NCBI GenBank assembly: GCA_002189035.1
Contig: NEEC01000002.1
Span: 248,001 to 312,000, forward strand
Length of the DNA: 64,000 nucleotides
Origin: Utricularia gibba
Lineage: Eukaryota > Plantae > Magnoliophyta
Direction: 5' to 3'
Part shown: in pieces, positions 22,365 through 32,873 of the stretch
How positions within the stretch are numbered: the first letter of the stretch is position 1
Layout of the letters: every line of letters starts with the position of its first letter
Program-made: the position numbers and the translations under genes
Notes under the pieces: generated by a model
The model's database searches: none
The model's input: only the letters and a program-made list of their open reading frames with translations
What the model was told of the DNA's origin: nothing

Positions 22365-23082
22365 ATTTACATACTCTCGTAGCATTTTTATATATTAAAC
22401 GAGTTGGAATAAAAATGTTATTTAATGGAAACAAATAAAAAATAATAATAATAATAATAATAAATTCAAATTTGTATTTTGAAATAGATCAATTAAACGA
22501 AAAGTGAAACTTATTTAATATTATATTCATTAATCAGAATAATTTAATACTTTTTATTACAACATAAAAATGAATGAAAATTTTAAAATACATTTAAAAT
22601 AGGTTATGGATGAGAGTCATGTCCTAATTCACTGATTATAAATGTTAGAATTGGAATCCCAGAAAGTGACTAGAAGCGACCGCTTTTAAGGTAAGGTGAG
22701 AAATAATTGCCTAAAATAGTGTAGAGTAGATTCTAGAGGACTGTTAGTTAATTAATTAAAAAAAGGTAAAATGACGTAATTCTTTAAATAAAAAAATAAA
22801 ATACAGATAATTTGTGTAATAAATTAATGCCGTACGTGGCAAATATATCGACGCAATGGTTTGTCGACCTCTGTTTCTTCCCTCTCGTGTGGTTCGGTTC
22901 CTCGTCTTGGTCTCCATTCTCGTGTCCTCACTTCTTTCGCTGCTTTTTGCTGTAAATCTAGAGGTTTTCTCCGCCGACTGGAACGCTGATTCCGGCGCTG
23001 GTATGATATCCCATTTCCCCGCTTCTGGATCACTCTTCGCTCCCGACCTGAAAAAATCGAAATTACTGATTCGATTTCATTA

Positions 23083-24168
23083 ATGGCGATGCTTTACTCC
23101 ACACCTTCGGTCATTGTTCCGGCGCTATCGCTTCTTCTATCTTTGCCGGTTTTTTACTTCTTGGTCGCCTCCCACTTTCTGCCACCGCGCCAAATCTCCA
23201 TTTCAGACCCGGATGAGCTCAACGATCTATCACTTTTCCACAAGGCTATCGCAATGGACGCTACTAATTTCTCGCGTCACTCCACTCGACATCCGTCGAC
23301 CAGGTCTCACCTTTCAGCCGGCCTGCGCAGGCCCAAAATCGCTTTTCTCTTTCTCACCAACTCCGAACTGTATTTTGCCCCTTTGTGGGAGCTCTTCTTC
23401 GCGAATGTGACCCTTAATCAGTATAATATCTACGTTCATGCCGATCCCTTTTCTAGCGTCCCACCTCTGGGAGGCGTTTTTAGGGATAAGATTATCCCGT
23501 CAAAGAGAACTCAGAGATCTTCGCCGACACTCATTTCCGCCGCCCGCCGCCTCCTGGCTACGGCGATGCTTGATGATCCAGCTAACACTTACTTCGCCCT
23601 TATCTCGCAGCACTGCATCCCACTTCATTCCTTCAATTATTTGTACAGTTTTCTTTTTGATATGAGGAAATTGTACAGGGACTTGGATTTCCGTAGTTAT
23701 ATTGAGATTCTTGACAATATGCCCTTTCTATGGGATCGGTATAATGCCAGGGGGAGTGATGTAATGATCCCTGAAGTACATTTCGATGAATTTCGTGTTG
23801 GTTCTCAGTTTTTTGTGCTTTCTCGCAAGCATGCTTTGATGGTGATCAAGGATAGGAAACTATGGAGAAAGTTTAAGCTGCCATGTTTGAATCTGAATTC
23901 TTGCTATCCAGAGGAACACTATTTTCCTACAATGCTATCGATGCAGGATCCAAAGGGCTGTACTGGATTTACCTTGACAAGAGTTAATTGGACAGAGAGC
24001 GTTGATGGACACCCTCACACTTATCATCCTCAAGAAATCTCCCCTGGACTTATTTACCGTCTAAGGAAATCAAATTCCACATACTCTTACATTTTTGCAA
24101 GGAAATTCTCTCCTGATTGCGTGAACCCTTTGATGGAAATGGCAGATTCTGTTCTCTTCAAGGACTGA
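23083..24168 (+). CDS. Core-2/I-branching beta-1,6-N-acetylglucosaminyltransferase family (DUF266/BC10-like, GT14-like), single exon
   Basis: 361-aa ORF with N-terminal TM and motifs PKIAFLFLTNSELYFAPLWELFF, YNIYVHADP, LISAARRLLATAMLDDPAN, SQHCIPLHSF, GSQFFVL, CYPEEHYFPT, FARKF. Confidence 0.93.
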   Translation: MAMLYSTPSVIVPALSLLLSLPVFYFLVASHFLPPRQISISDPDELNDLSLFHKAIAMDATNFSRHSTRHPSTRSHLSAGLRRPKIAFLFLTNSELYFAPLWELFFANVTLNQYNIYVHADPFSSVPPLGGVFRDKIIPSKRTQRSSPTLISAARRLLATAMLDDPANTYFALISQHCIPLHSFNYLYSFLFDMRKLYRDLDFRSYIEILDNMPFLWDRYNARGSDVMIPEVHFDEFRVGSQFFVLSRKHALMVIKDRKLWRKFKLPCLNLNSCYPEEHYFPTMLSMQDPKGCTGFTLTRVNWTESVDGHPHTYHPQEISPGLIYRLRKSNSTYSYIFARKFSPDCVNPLMEMADSVLFKD

Positions 24169-25402
24169 TACTTAGCATGGTACGCGTAGATTGCTTCTCC
24201 TATCTTTTACATTTAGTCTGGGTTTAATTGCAGCCCTTTTCTTTTACATATTCGACTTCGTGAAGTAGGAAGTAAATCGAACCAAACATGCTCATCGAGT
24301 TTAATCTGTTTCTTTTGAACCTTGAGTATGTAGGCATGAAAGCTCGTATCTTCATCGCACATTTAGGCTTGGGAGCACTTTATTTCAGAATCCAATATTG
24401 GGGATGTTAGGCGTGTGAATCCGGAAATGCTTTTCTTATGCTTCATGTTGCAGCGTCTTATCGCAGTTTGTTTACACCTTGCCTTATTGACGTTAACAAA
24501 GGGAATCATTTTTTGGCCGCAAATGATGCATTTTTTTACTGTGATGCAGAATCTTAGGCTTCTTTAGAGAATTCGTTAACGTTTTCACCAATCTTTAACT
24601 TGGCTTATGCGCCAGCACCAAAAACAATGCACCATTCCTTTGCTTGAGACTTTTACCACACAAAGCTGCAATGACACCATCCTTACATTCTTCTTGTACT
24701 TGCAGAAGGGAGTAAAGAACGAGAGCAGTTGCGTATTGCTAGTGAAGGAGACTGCTGGAGAACCTTTATGGGATTTGGCTGTTGAGTAGCTGCAAGAACA
24801 AACATGCCCAACCCAAAAACCACAGAGGAGTCCAACTCAAACCAGTTGAAGGAGAAAAAATGCTTTGAATAAATGGCTAGCTGCCACAAACCACAACAAA
24901 TAGCGTGCTGCTGTTATGGAAGGGATATCTCGCCCCTGGAAAACCTACAGAAGCAGGAGGTATGTTTGTACTATGAAGAGGAAAACCAAGCCTTAGTTTC
25001 TTCTCTGCTGTGCTTAATGTGCTGTCTCTGGCGCTGTGCATTGCGAATTTTGAAGTTGAGTGGAAAAAAAATTATAAATATATTTTTTACACGAAGAGGT
25101 GAAGAGTGATCATGAACCATTGGCGAAGAAAAAATGAACAGTTTTGAACAGTCGTGTATATTTGGAGGTAACCAAGCTGAGAATTGAACCGGATTCCGTA
25201 TCCGAACCCGGTTCACAACACCAAAGCCCCGGAGTTCCTGCAACAGCAGCAGGCTAAGCCTCTCATTAATAAAAATTTATTCTTGTTGGCAGGTAAAAGT
25301 GAAACACTTGGACTCAAGGAATACACGGCCGCCACAAACGTGGCCAAAAGCTGTGTGTACAGCAATCAGTTTGCTGCTGTTAGTTGGTTTCTTGTAATCG
25401 GG

Positions 25403-28400
25403 TTACTTCCCAATGAGTCCAAACCATTGAAGTACTACAGCTATAAGGAGCATGGCAATCGCCAAGATCATGCCAGGCTTTCCCAGAAGCCAGTTCTTCG
25501 TCTTCCGTGCACCTTCTATGCCTCGTTGAATCCTATCAGCCCATCTCATCTGCAGTCATGTAGCAACGGAATTAGCAGACAGCAGCTTGTAGGAATATCT
25601 GAAGGAATAGGGTGTCCCAAAGTATGATGTAAGGAGATGTGGATTGAAATATGCAACTACCATGGTGTCGAGGGCATCTGGTGACAAAGAAGACATGGCC
25701 TGCTGAGCTTTCTCGGCGTCTTCACGAGAGAGCTTGAATCCAAACTGCTCGCTCATGCTCGCCATTGTTTCGGGGCTCATGTTTTTCACCATTGATGTGA
25801 GCATCTGATATGACGTTTATAACAAAAAAGAAGCTGGTATCATGATATGAGTAGGATTTGCTGAAACGGAGGAACAAGTTTGATGGACGAATCATGCTGC
25901 AAACCTGTCGCATTGCTGGATCCTTCATTTGCTTTCTCATTTGCTCTTGTAGATCTACAGAAGAACTTGGAAAGTCAGGTTGCTGGGAATTTCTTGAGCT
26001 TGAACCTCTTGATGAACTTGCTTCCCCAACACCAGATCCAATATTTCCTACAGTGCTACTGCTATCTGAGCTTAGCACATTGGAATACATTGCAGGAGCT
26101 GACCCTGCTGTCTCTTGTCCCCTTAAAGATGTTGCCATTTCGAACATCTTTTGCCGTTCTTCTGAAGATATCTTTCCTATCATCTCATTTGCCATTTTAA
26201 TCATATCAGGGGTCACATTTGGCATAACTGAACCTCGATCATTGTTAGCAACAGATGATGCCGATGATGTCCATTCATCTCCATGCATGGAGGGTGCCAT
26301 CTTCAACATCTTTTCAAGGTCTTCCGGTGGCATTTTGGCCATTACATCACTCGCGGCCTTGAGCATTTCAGGAGATAGGTCAGGACGAGTAGCTCCAGGA
26401 GTAAAACTGGGGCCACGATCTCCATGGAACTTGGCAGCTAATTCAGCCATTCTTTGAAATTCTTCTGGAGACATCTTACTGATAGCAGTAGATGCATACT
26501 TTACCATATCAGGTGATAAACCTTCAGTATCCCCACGACCCATTGCAGACAAGGTTTCAGGATTCGTGCGAGAAATGAAATCCTGGAATGATCTGCACCA
26601 ACAATCAGTTAATAAAGTTTCATATGAAGTAACGTTACTCAACTCATTTGAACAAAAAATATTGCAAATGGAAGGCGTCTCTCATAAAATAAATGGCATC
26701 AACAAACCTTATCGATTCTGGGTCACGCTTCAGAAAGTCCAAATATTCAGCATTAGTTGACTTAAACTCGTTGGCATTGACACTGTGATTTGAATTCTCT
26801 TGCAATTGAGACTGTGACTCCGTGTGCACGACATTTGTATCCTGCTGGTCATCAGATTGAGTGGCCTCATCAATAATTTCTTCAATGATCAGTCCTGATG
26901 GATGTGGAAGTAATCAAGCATTATCAAGCATACATCGACAAAAAAAAAAAAAAAAAAAACAACAACAACAACAACAACAACAAAGCAGTAGCATGCGTGC
27001 TTCAAGAAAATACACTCAAGATGTCCCACAGAAATATGGGGCTTGTTCTATCGACATGGTTTTAACTGATTGTCTCTAAATTATGAATAGTCTGTCATGC
27101 TAACAAAAGTGAACAGGGTATGTGTACCTTTTGAAGGGCGGTGCACGCCTCCCTCTTTTGTTAGCTTTTCTTTAGCATCTCTATAATTGAAGAAAACGGG
27201 TATAATTGATGGTAGTTGCTCATCAACTCAATTTAAAGCAAGTAAGGCTCATAATTAAGTCGCAAAGCTGACAACAGCACTGAATTTCTTAGAGGCAGTG
27301 CTCAGAAGAAAAAATACATGAATTTATTACCTCAAAACTTCTGCAATAGTTTCATCTCCAGGAGAAACTTCAAGTGCCTTGGTCAAGTCTGCCACTGCGT
27401 CCTGGAAATAATAATGTGAAATAAAAAACATAAACAAGGAAACAGTGACAGCAAGCCTTGATTAAGCAGACCAGGTAACAGTTACTTACTTCCAGTTTCC
27501 CAAGTTCTTTGAAAGCTTGGCCCCTACGGTATAGAGCCTTAAGATTCCTTGCCTCATATGCCAAGACCTTCAAAATAAGAATTATTTACCAAAAGCTTAT
27601 ATCATATTCAAAATGTCAATGATGTAAAGAAAACTGCATTGATAACAAAAGTGCATATATAAGCATCCTGACCTCTGTGCCTTCATCGATACATTCTGCA
27701 AACTGCTTGGTCTTCAAGTAACAAGACATCATGTTTAATGAGCAAGCCAAAATGAGATCCTGACCTCTTGAAGACGGGGAATCTTTAAGAATTTTCTTTG
27801 CCTGATCACAAGCCAATGCAAAAGGGAATTAAAGAAACCAGGTATGTACTAGCAACATTTTGATAATCTCCAAAACAGTACTCACTCGAGTATATTTCTC
27901 CAGGGCACTGGTATAACTTCCCTGATTGTGAAGTTCATTCCCCTAGAAACATATAAATAAACATGAGATCACTGTCAGGAACTTCCCCATGAGTTTTTGC
28001 CCTCATATCCAAAGGCACAGAATAACTCACCTTTTTCGCATAATACAAGAAACTAACTGTAGCCTATCTAACTTCTCACACAATGTACTCATCAAAAAGG
28101 TCTAGGCCCAGTTAACCTTGGTAAGAAGTTGCACAAAAACAAGGGAGGTAAACTTGACGCACCTGAACACGCATGAGAGAAGAAAAGATTTACCTGTTTT
28201 TTCAACATCCCGGCTGAAGTAATCTCGTAAGACACCTGGGCATCCAAACGGGCTTGCATAGATGCTATTTCTTCAGGAGAGGCTTTTGCCATCTTCTGGC
28301 CAATCTCCGCCATCTCCTCAGGATGAGTCTGCTTCAGCTGCTCAGCAGCAAATTTAATATCTTCCGGCCTCATGTTTTGCATACTTTCTGTAGCCATACG

Positions 28401-28969
28401 CATCAGGTCTGGATTGGACATCATCTAAGAAGACACGCCACAAATAGAACACAAGGAATATGAGGAACTAGGAAATCAATGCATTTATTCCATAAAATAG
28501 ATTGCAATGTACCACATGGGAAATACTACAAAGATCGGATACAATTTACTTACCAAATAATCCTCACTGAAGTACTAGATTTCCACTTAAGTTACCACGT
28601 ATATGATAATGCAAAAAAATTGGAGGATCTCAAAAAGATCCTAATGCGCGTGTTTCAAAGAAGCAATTCAGTGACAGACGAGAACAAGCTGAGATGAGAA
28701 TTTTAGGACATGATCGCTCATTTCCCCAAATTAGTCCCATGATGCATAAATTTTACACGAGGGATTACAAGATCAGGTAAATATACCACAAAAGCAATAA
28801 GATTCCAACACACTTCACGAAGGTCCCATAATTGACCCACCAAACAAACGATAAGTAGCAACAAAAGAAGTACCTGCTGCTGTATCCGAGCAAAGTCTGC
28901 AGGCGACATCCGACTCATCTGCTCTTGGGCCATTCTCATCAAATCCGGATCCATCATCGCGTTATACAT
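25403..28969 (-). CDS. OEP61: Outer envelope protein 61 (TPR co-chaperone receptor with C-terminal tail anchor), multi-exon
   Basis: [35 protein letters not shown] clamp (KKQGNELH...[13 protein letters not shown]...[10 protein letters not shown]...[15 protein letters not shown]), Met-rich repeats, last exon [10 protein letters not shown]...[28 protein letters not shown]. Confidence 0.92.
26940..26983. repeat. Poly-A run plus (CAA)8 microsatellite in an OEP61 intron
   Basis: Seen directly in the sequence. Confidence 0.9.
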
Positions 28970-29852
28970 CTTTCCCAAGTCTACAAAATAAACAACCAGC
29001 GACTAGTAGAACAACAGTGACGGCAAATCGGCACCTTCAAGAAAGCCCACGAATATTCAGCACCCAGCAATCAAAATTTCCACTAATTCCGTTCCGAATT
29101 CGTTTAAACGACTCTGGAAAACCTCCTGAAACGATACAAGGTAACAGCTTCAAGGCGGATTCTTCAAGGATCAAAGAACAAAAAGGTAGTTGCCGACGGT
29201 GAAAGCCTCCAGATGCGCATATGCTGCTGCCGGGGTACTTCAAATAGGACCAGACCCCTGGACAGCCGCAGGCAAATGTGCGCACCGGCATGACCCCCCG
29301 GGGGCAAAATTGTAATTTAAAAAATTAATAAAATAAGTTGAAGGAATCATTCATAGTGTCAAGCACCTCGGTGTTGACCTCCTGCATCTTTTAAGACATA
29401 TGGTTGATATAATTAACATATTTTAAAATAAAGATTATATTATACAACTCGTAATTCCTTAAATAAACTCCGTAAAATGTTTTAATAATATTATATATAA
29501 TATTATTAAAATATGCTAACAATTTTTTAGAATACAAGAATAATATTATATATTACAATTATAAGATGAAAATTATTTAGTAGATTAATTTGTGTTTTAT
29601 CATTAATGAAAAATATTTATTAAATATATGATTAAAATGTGTTATCTAATATAAAATAGTATTTTATGTCGTAAATTTTCAAAAGTTTTGCATAATTACC
29701 CTTGAATATCTTGAAATACGAATTTCGGCCTAGAGAAGGCACTTATGTAGGAAATCTTACTTAAAAGTAAGATAAATAATAAACCTTTTCTTTTAAACTT
29801 TTGCTACAACAAATAATTATTCAATAATACACCAACCATTGGATTAGATTAA

Positions 29853-30300
29853 TTACTCGAGATCCAACGGCTTAAAATATTTTCCATCCAGCAGATAAGT
29901 TCCCACAGCGAGACGAACGGCCCACACATCTTTGGGCTTCCTCGACACGATCCTGATCCAACACCATCAAATCCAACGGCTCATCTCAAAATAAAAAAAT
30001 CCAACGGCTCACAAAATTTTCAGTCAAAAATATTCTTATCCAACAATACTTGCGGTGCAGCTGAGCCGGAGAGTGAACTTACCTCCCAACGTCGCCGGCC
30101 TTGACGAGCCCCGCGTTGGCACGCAAGCACGGCATGGACGCCGCCGTCTTCAGCGTGGGCGGAGCTTCTACGACGATGATCGGAGATCCGATTCCGAGAT
30201 CGTGAGGCTTATCTGCGCCGGATTGTGATTTAATGGTGCATCGGGTGGATCTTGGAGAGGAATGAGGAGCCAGGAAGGAGCCCCGGAACACGTGTGCCAT
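29853..30300 (-). CDS. CRR42: CHLORORESPIRATORY REDUCTION 42-like NDH assembly factor (DUF3148/SipA-like), 2 exons
   Basis: Exon 30300-30083 MAHVFRGSF...IGSPIIVVEAPPTLKTAASMPCLRANAGLVKAGDVGR and exon 29952-29853 IVSRKPKDVWAVRLAVGTYLLDGKYFKPLDLE*. Exon 2 is not in the ORF track. Confidence 0.88.
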
Positions 30301-30402
30301 TGGATAACTGGCTTTCACTGGAGTTCCTTGGGAATGGCCTTTTAAAAGAAATATCTTTTTTTTGAGATAATGAAATATAGGGAACGGCTCTGTTTCATTG
30401 AA

Positions 30403-30479
30403 TTGGGCCTCTTCTGTGAGCGGCCAATTTGAAATTTGGTTGACTGCCCATCGTCCTTCTGAGTCCCAAATTAGGGTTT
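30403..30479. promoter_or_regulatory. Site II + telo-box module upstream of the zinc-knuckle gene
   Basis: TGGGCC at about 30404 and TTAGGGTTT (reverse of AAACCCTAA) at 30471-30479. This pairing is established for translation and RNA-processing gene promoters. Confidence 0.55.
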
Positions 30480-30546
30480 GGTACCGGACATGTAACCTGA
30501 ATTCAGGTTTTATCCCCTTTTGTTGGCTGGGTGGGGAGTATTTGAG

Positions 30547-32873
30547 ATGGGAAAAAGGCAGAGGAAGTTGAAATCACCGGAAGATTTGGTGGAGTATGGG
30601 AGGACAAACAGAACTAAAATTGAAGTAGTGAGCACCGATGACGAGGTTGAGAAATCTCTGCAATTCCATGGTCATCTACGTACAGAAGGCGTCACTGCGC
30701 AAGCTATCGATTCGAATAAAGAGGGAAAGGAGGGGAAGACGAAGCGCAGGAGGAGTAAAGAAGATGCCGTTGTAGTGGAAGTACCAGAAGATCCGGCAAG
30801 CACTATTTCTTGAATTCTTTAAGGGGTTCAGGGACAACTGGTGTACATTGTATTTATATGATTGTTTCAGGTTGCAGACGGATTAGATGCAGAAAACGGA
30901 CTTACCTCCCAGGAGTTGTTTCCGGTATTTCCTGTAATACCGTTGCACTTTTGTGGTCATGCTAGTTCCTCGTTTTCTAATTGTGCGAGCATGTGTTCTA
31001 AGGTTGTTTTACGTTCGAAAGGAAAACTACGTCGATTCATATTTTTAAGGGGAATTGACAAGTAGGTTGAAAGTTTATCACAAGAATTTATACGAGCCCC
31101 TGTAGATGTTTACAGCTTTTGGTGATAGTTTAATCTTGTTTTTGTGTTTTTCAATTGCGTTGAATGCTGCTCTTTTTTTTTATTTCTGTATATTCATGTA
31201 ACTATTAGCAGGATGTTGTATCTGAGTACTTTTTTTTCTGCACTCTCAGTCAGATACTTTTGAGGAAAAACAAGAGGGTGTCAAAGCCATTGATATTTCT
31301 ATTAACGCATTTGAATGGAAATCTGGTGAGAAATCGGAAAATGCTGTCCTGCGGAAGCTTCTTGTGAGAAAAACTCTTTTCTAACCACCCACATTCAGAT
31401 AACAAGGTCAGGTATCCTGATGGTCATTGTTGTGCCAGCGTGGTCCTAGGTACTTCGATCCTCCAGATACAACTTGGGGAGCTTGCCGTAATTGTGGAGA
31501 AGATGATCATAAGACAAACAACTGTCCATCAGAGAAGCCTAGGAAACCTTGTTATGTGTGTGGTAGTTATGATCATATTGCAAAACGCTGTAATCAGGTG
31601 GATTCCTTGAAACTGGTCTTTCTGTGCGTTTTATATATCCATATGGAGCGGTCATCAGATTGCAAGTGTTTTTGTACTTGGTACATGGTTTGGCAGGGTT
31701 TAGATTGCTTCATCTGTCAGAGTAAGGGCCATCGTGCAAGGGATTGCCCTAATAAACATAAGGGTTCCATGACTTGTCTAAAATGCGGGGATGTAGGGCA
31801 CAACATGTTTTCTTGCAGAAACAAATATTTTTCTGAAGATCTCAAGGTACCCATGCTGAGAAATTACATAATTTTTTTTCTTACCATGCGTGAATTGGTT
31901 TGCACTTCACAATTGATTCTTTTCCCTCAGGAAATAGAATGTTACGTTTGTGGAAAATTTGGCCACTTATGCTGTGCGGATTACAGTGATCCTGGCCCAA
32001 GGGAGTTTTCCTGTTACCGATGTGGTTTGCCTGGGCATACCGGTTTGGTTAGTCAATTCTTTGGTTCAGCTTTGGCAGTTCAACAATATTTATGAAGATA
32101 GAAATTTTGAGGACTTTACAATTCTTGATGGAGTTAAAAAAAGCATGGCTTTGTTTACCAGTTAAATCACAATTTTGCTTTCAGTGTTGGGTTGATAAAA
32201 TTGCTTTCCTGGCTGATTCGTTTTATTATGTCAGGCTTGCAAAGGCTACAATAGTGAAGCTGTTACTGTGGCGCGGGATGGTTCATGTTTCAAATGTGGT
32301 TTACGAGGTCATTTCTCCCGTGAATGTACCAGTTCGAAGAAGGTTTGTTGCTTCTTGTCATTTTTGTGATAATCTCATGCTTGTTCTTGATGCCAATGAT
32401 TTGTGTTTTATTAGGCTGGGAAGAAGGTCAGTGAACCATCAACACCTAAGCAGCAATACCCCTGGGGAAAAAAGTACACTAAAGATATTAAGTCCGCTCC
32501 TGTCAATCCTGGAAAGATTAGAAAAAAGAATCCTATAGTTCGAGAATTCGTTTCTGCTGGGAAATCGAAGCAAAGAGGAGGGTGGGTGGCTGAGCATCTG
32601 AGTAATTCGTATTCTGGGAAATCGAAGCACAGGGGTGGGTGGCTTACTGAACACCCAGGTGATTGGTATTCTGGTAAGTCAAAGCATAATGATAGATGGG
32701 TTTCTCTACAGTATGGCGGTACGTCTAGAGGTAGTAAAAAGAATCCAAGATTCCCAGAATCACCTCATGATCGAAGATCTCTGATTGCCACCTCCAGTGG
32801 CCATCGTGCAATATCAACACCTGGATCTTCCCAAAGTCGTCACAAGTACGGATCTGGCAATCCCCCATGCTGA
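30547..32873 (+). CDS. Multi-CCHC zinc-knuckle RNA-binding protein (At3g43590/AIR1-ZCCHC7-like)
   Basis: LRKLL|RGPRYFDPPD followed by CX2CX4HX4C knuckles (CRNCGEDDHKTNNC, CYVCGSYDHIAKRC, CFICQSKGHRARDC, CLKCGDVGHNMFSC, CYVCGKFGHLCC, CYRCGLPGHTGLAC, CFKCGLRGHFSREC). The first-exon boundaries are less certain. Confidence 0.85.

Noticed and set aside
30502-30546. Alternative ORF-track starts (TTG/GTG) for the zinc-knuckle, CRR42, LRP1 and CaM ORFs
   Set aside because: The track uses bacterial-style start codons. The first in-frame ATG matching homolog N-termini was used instead.
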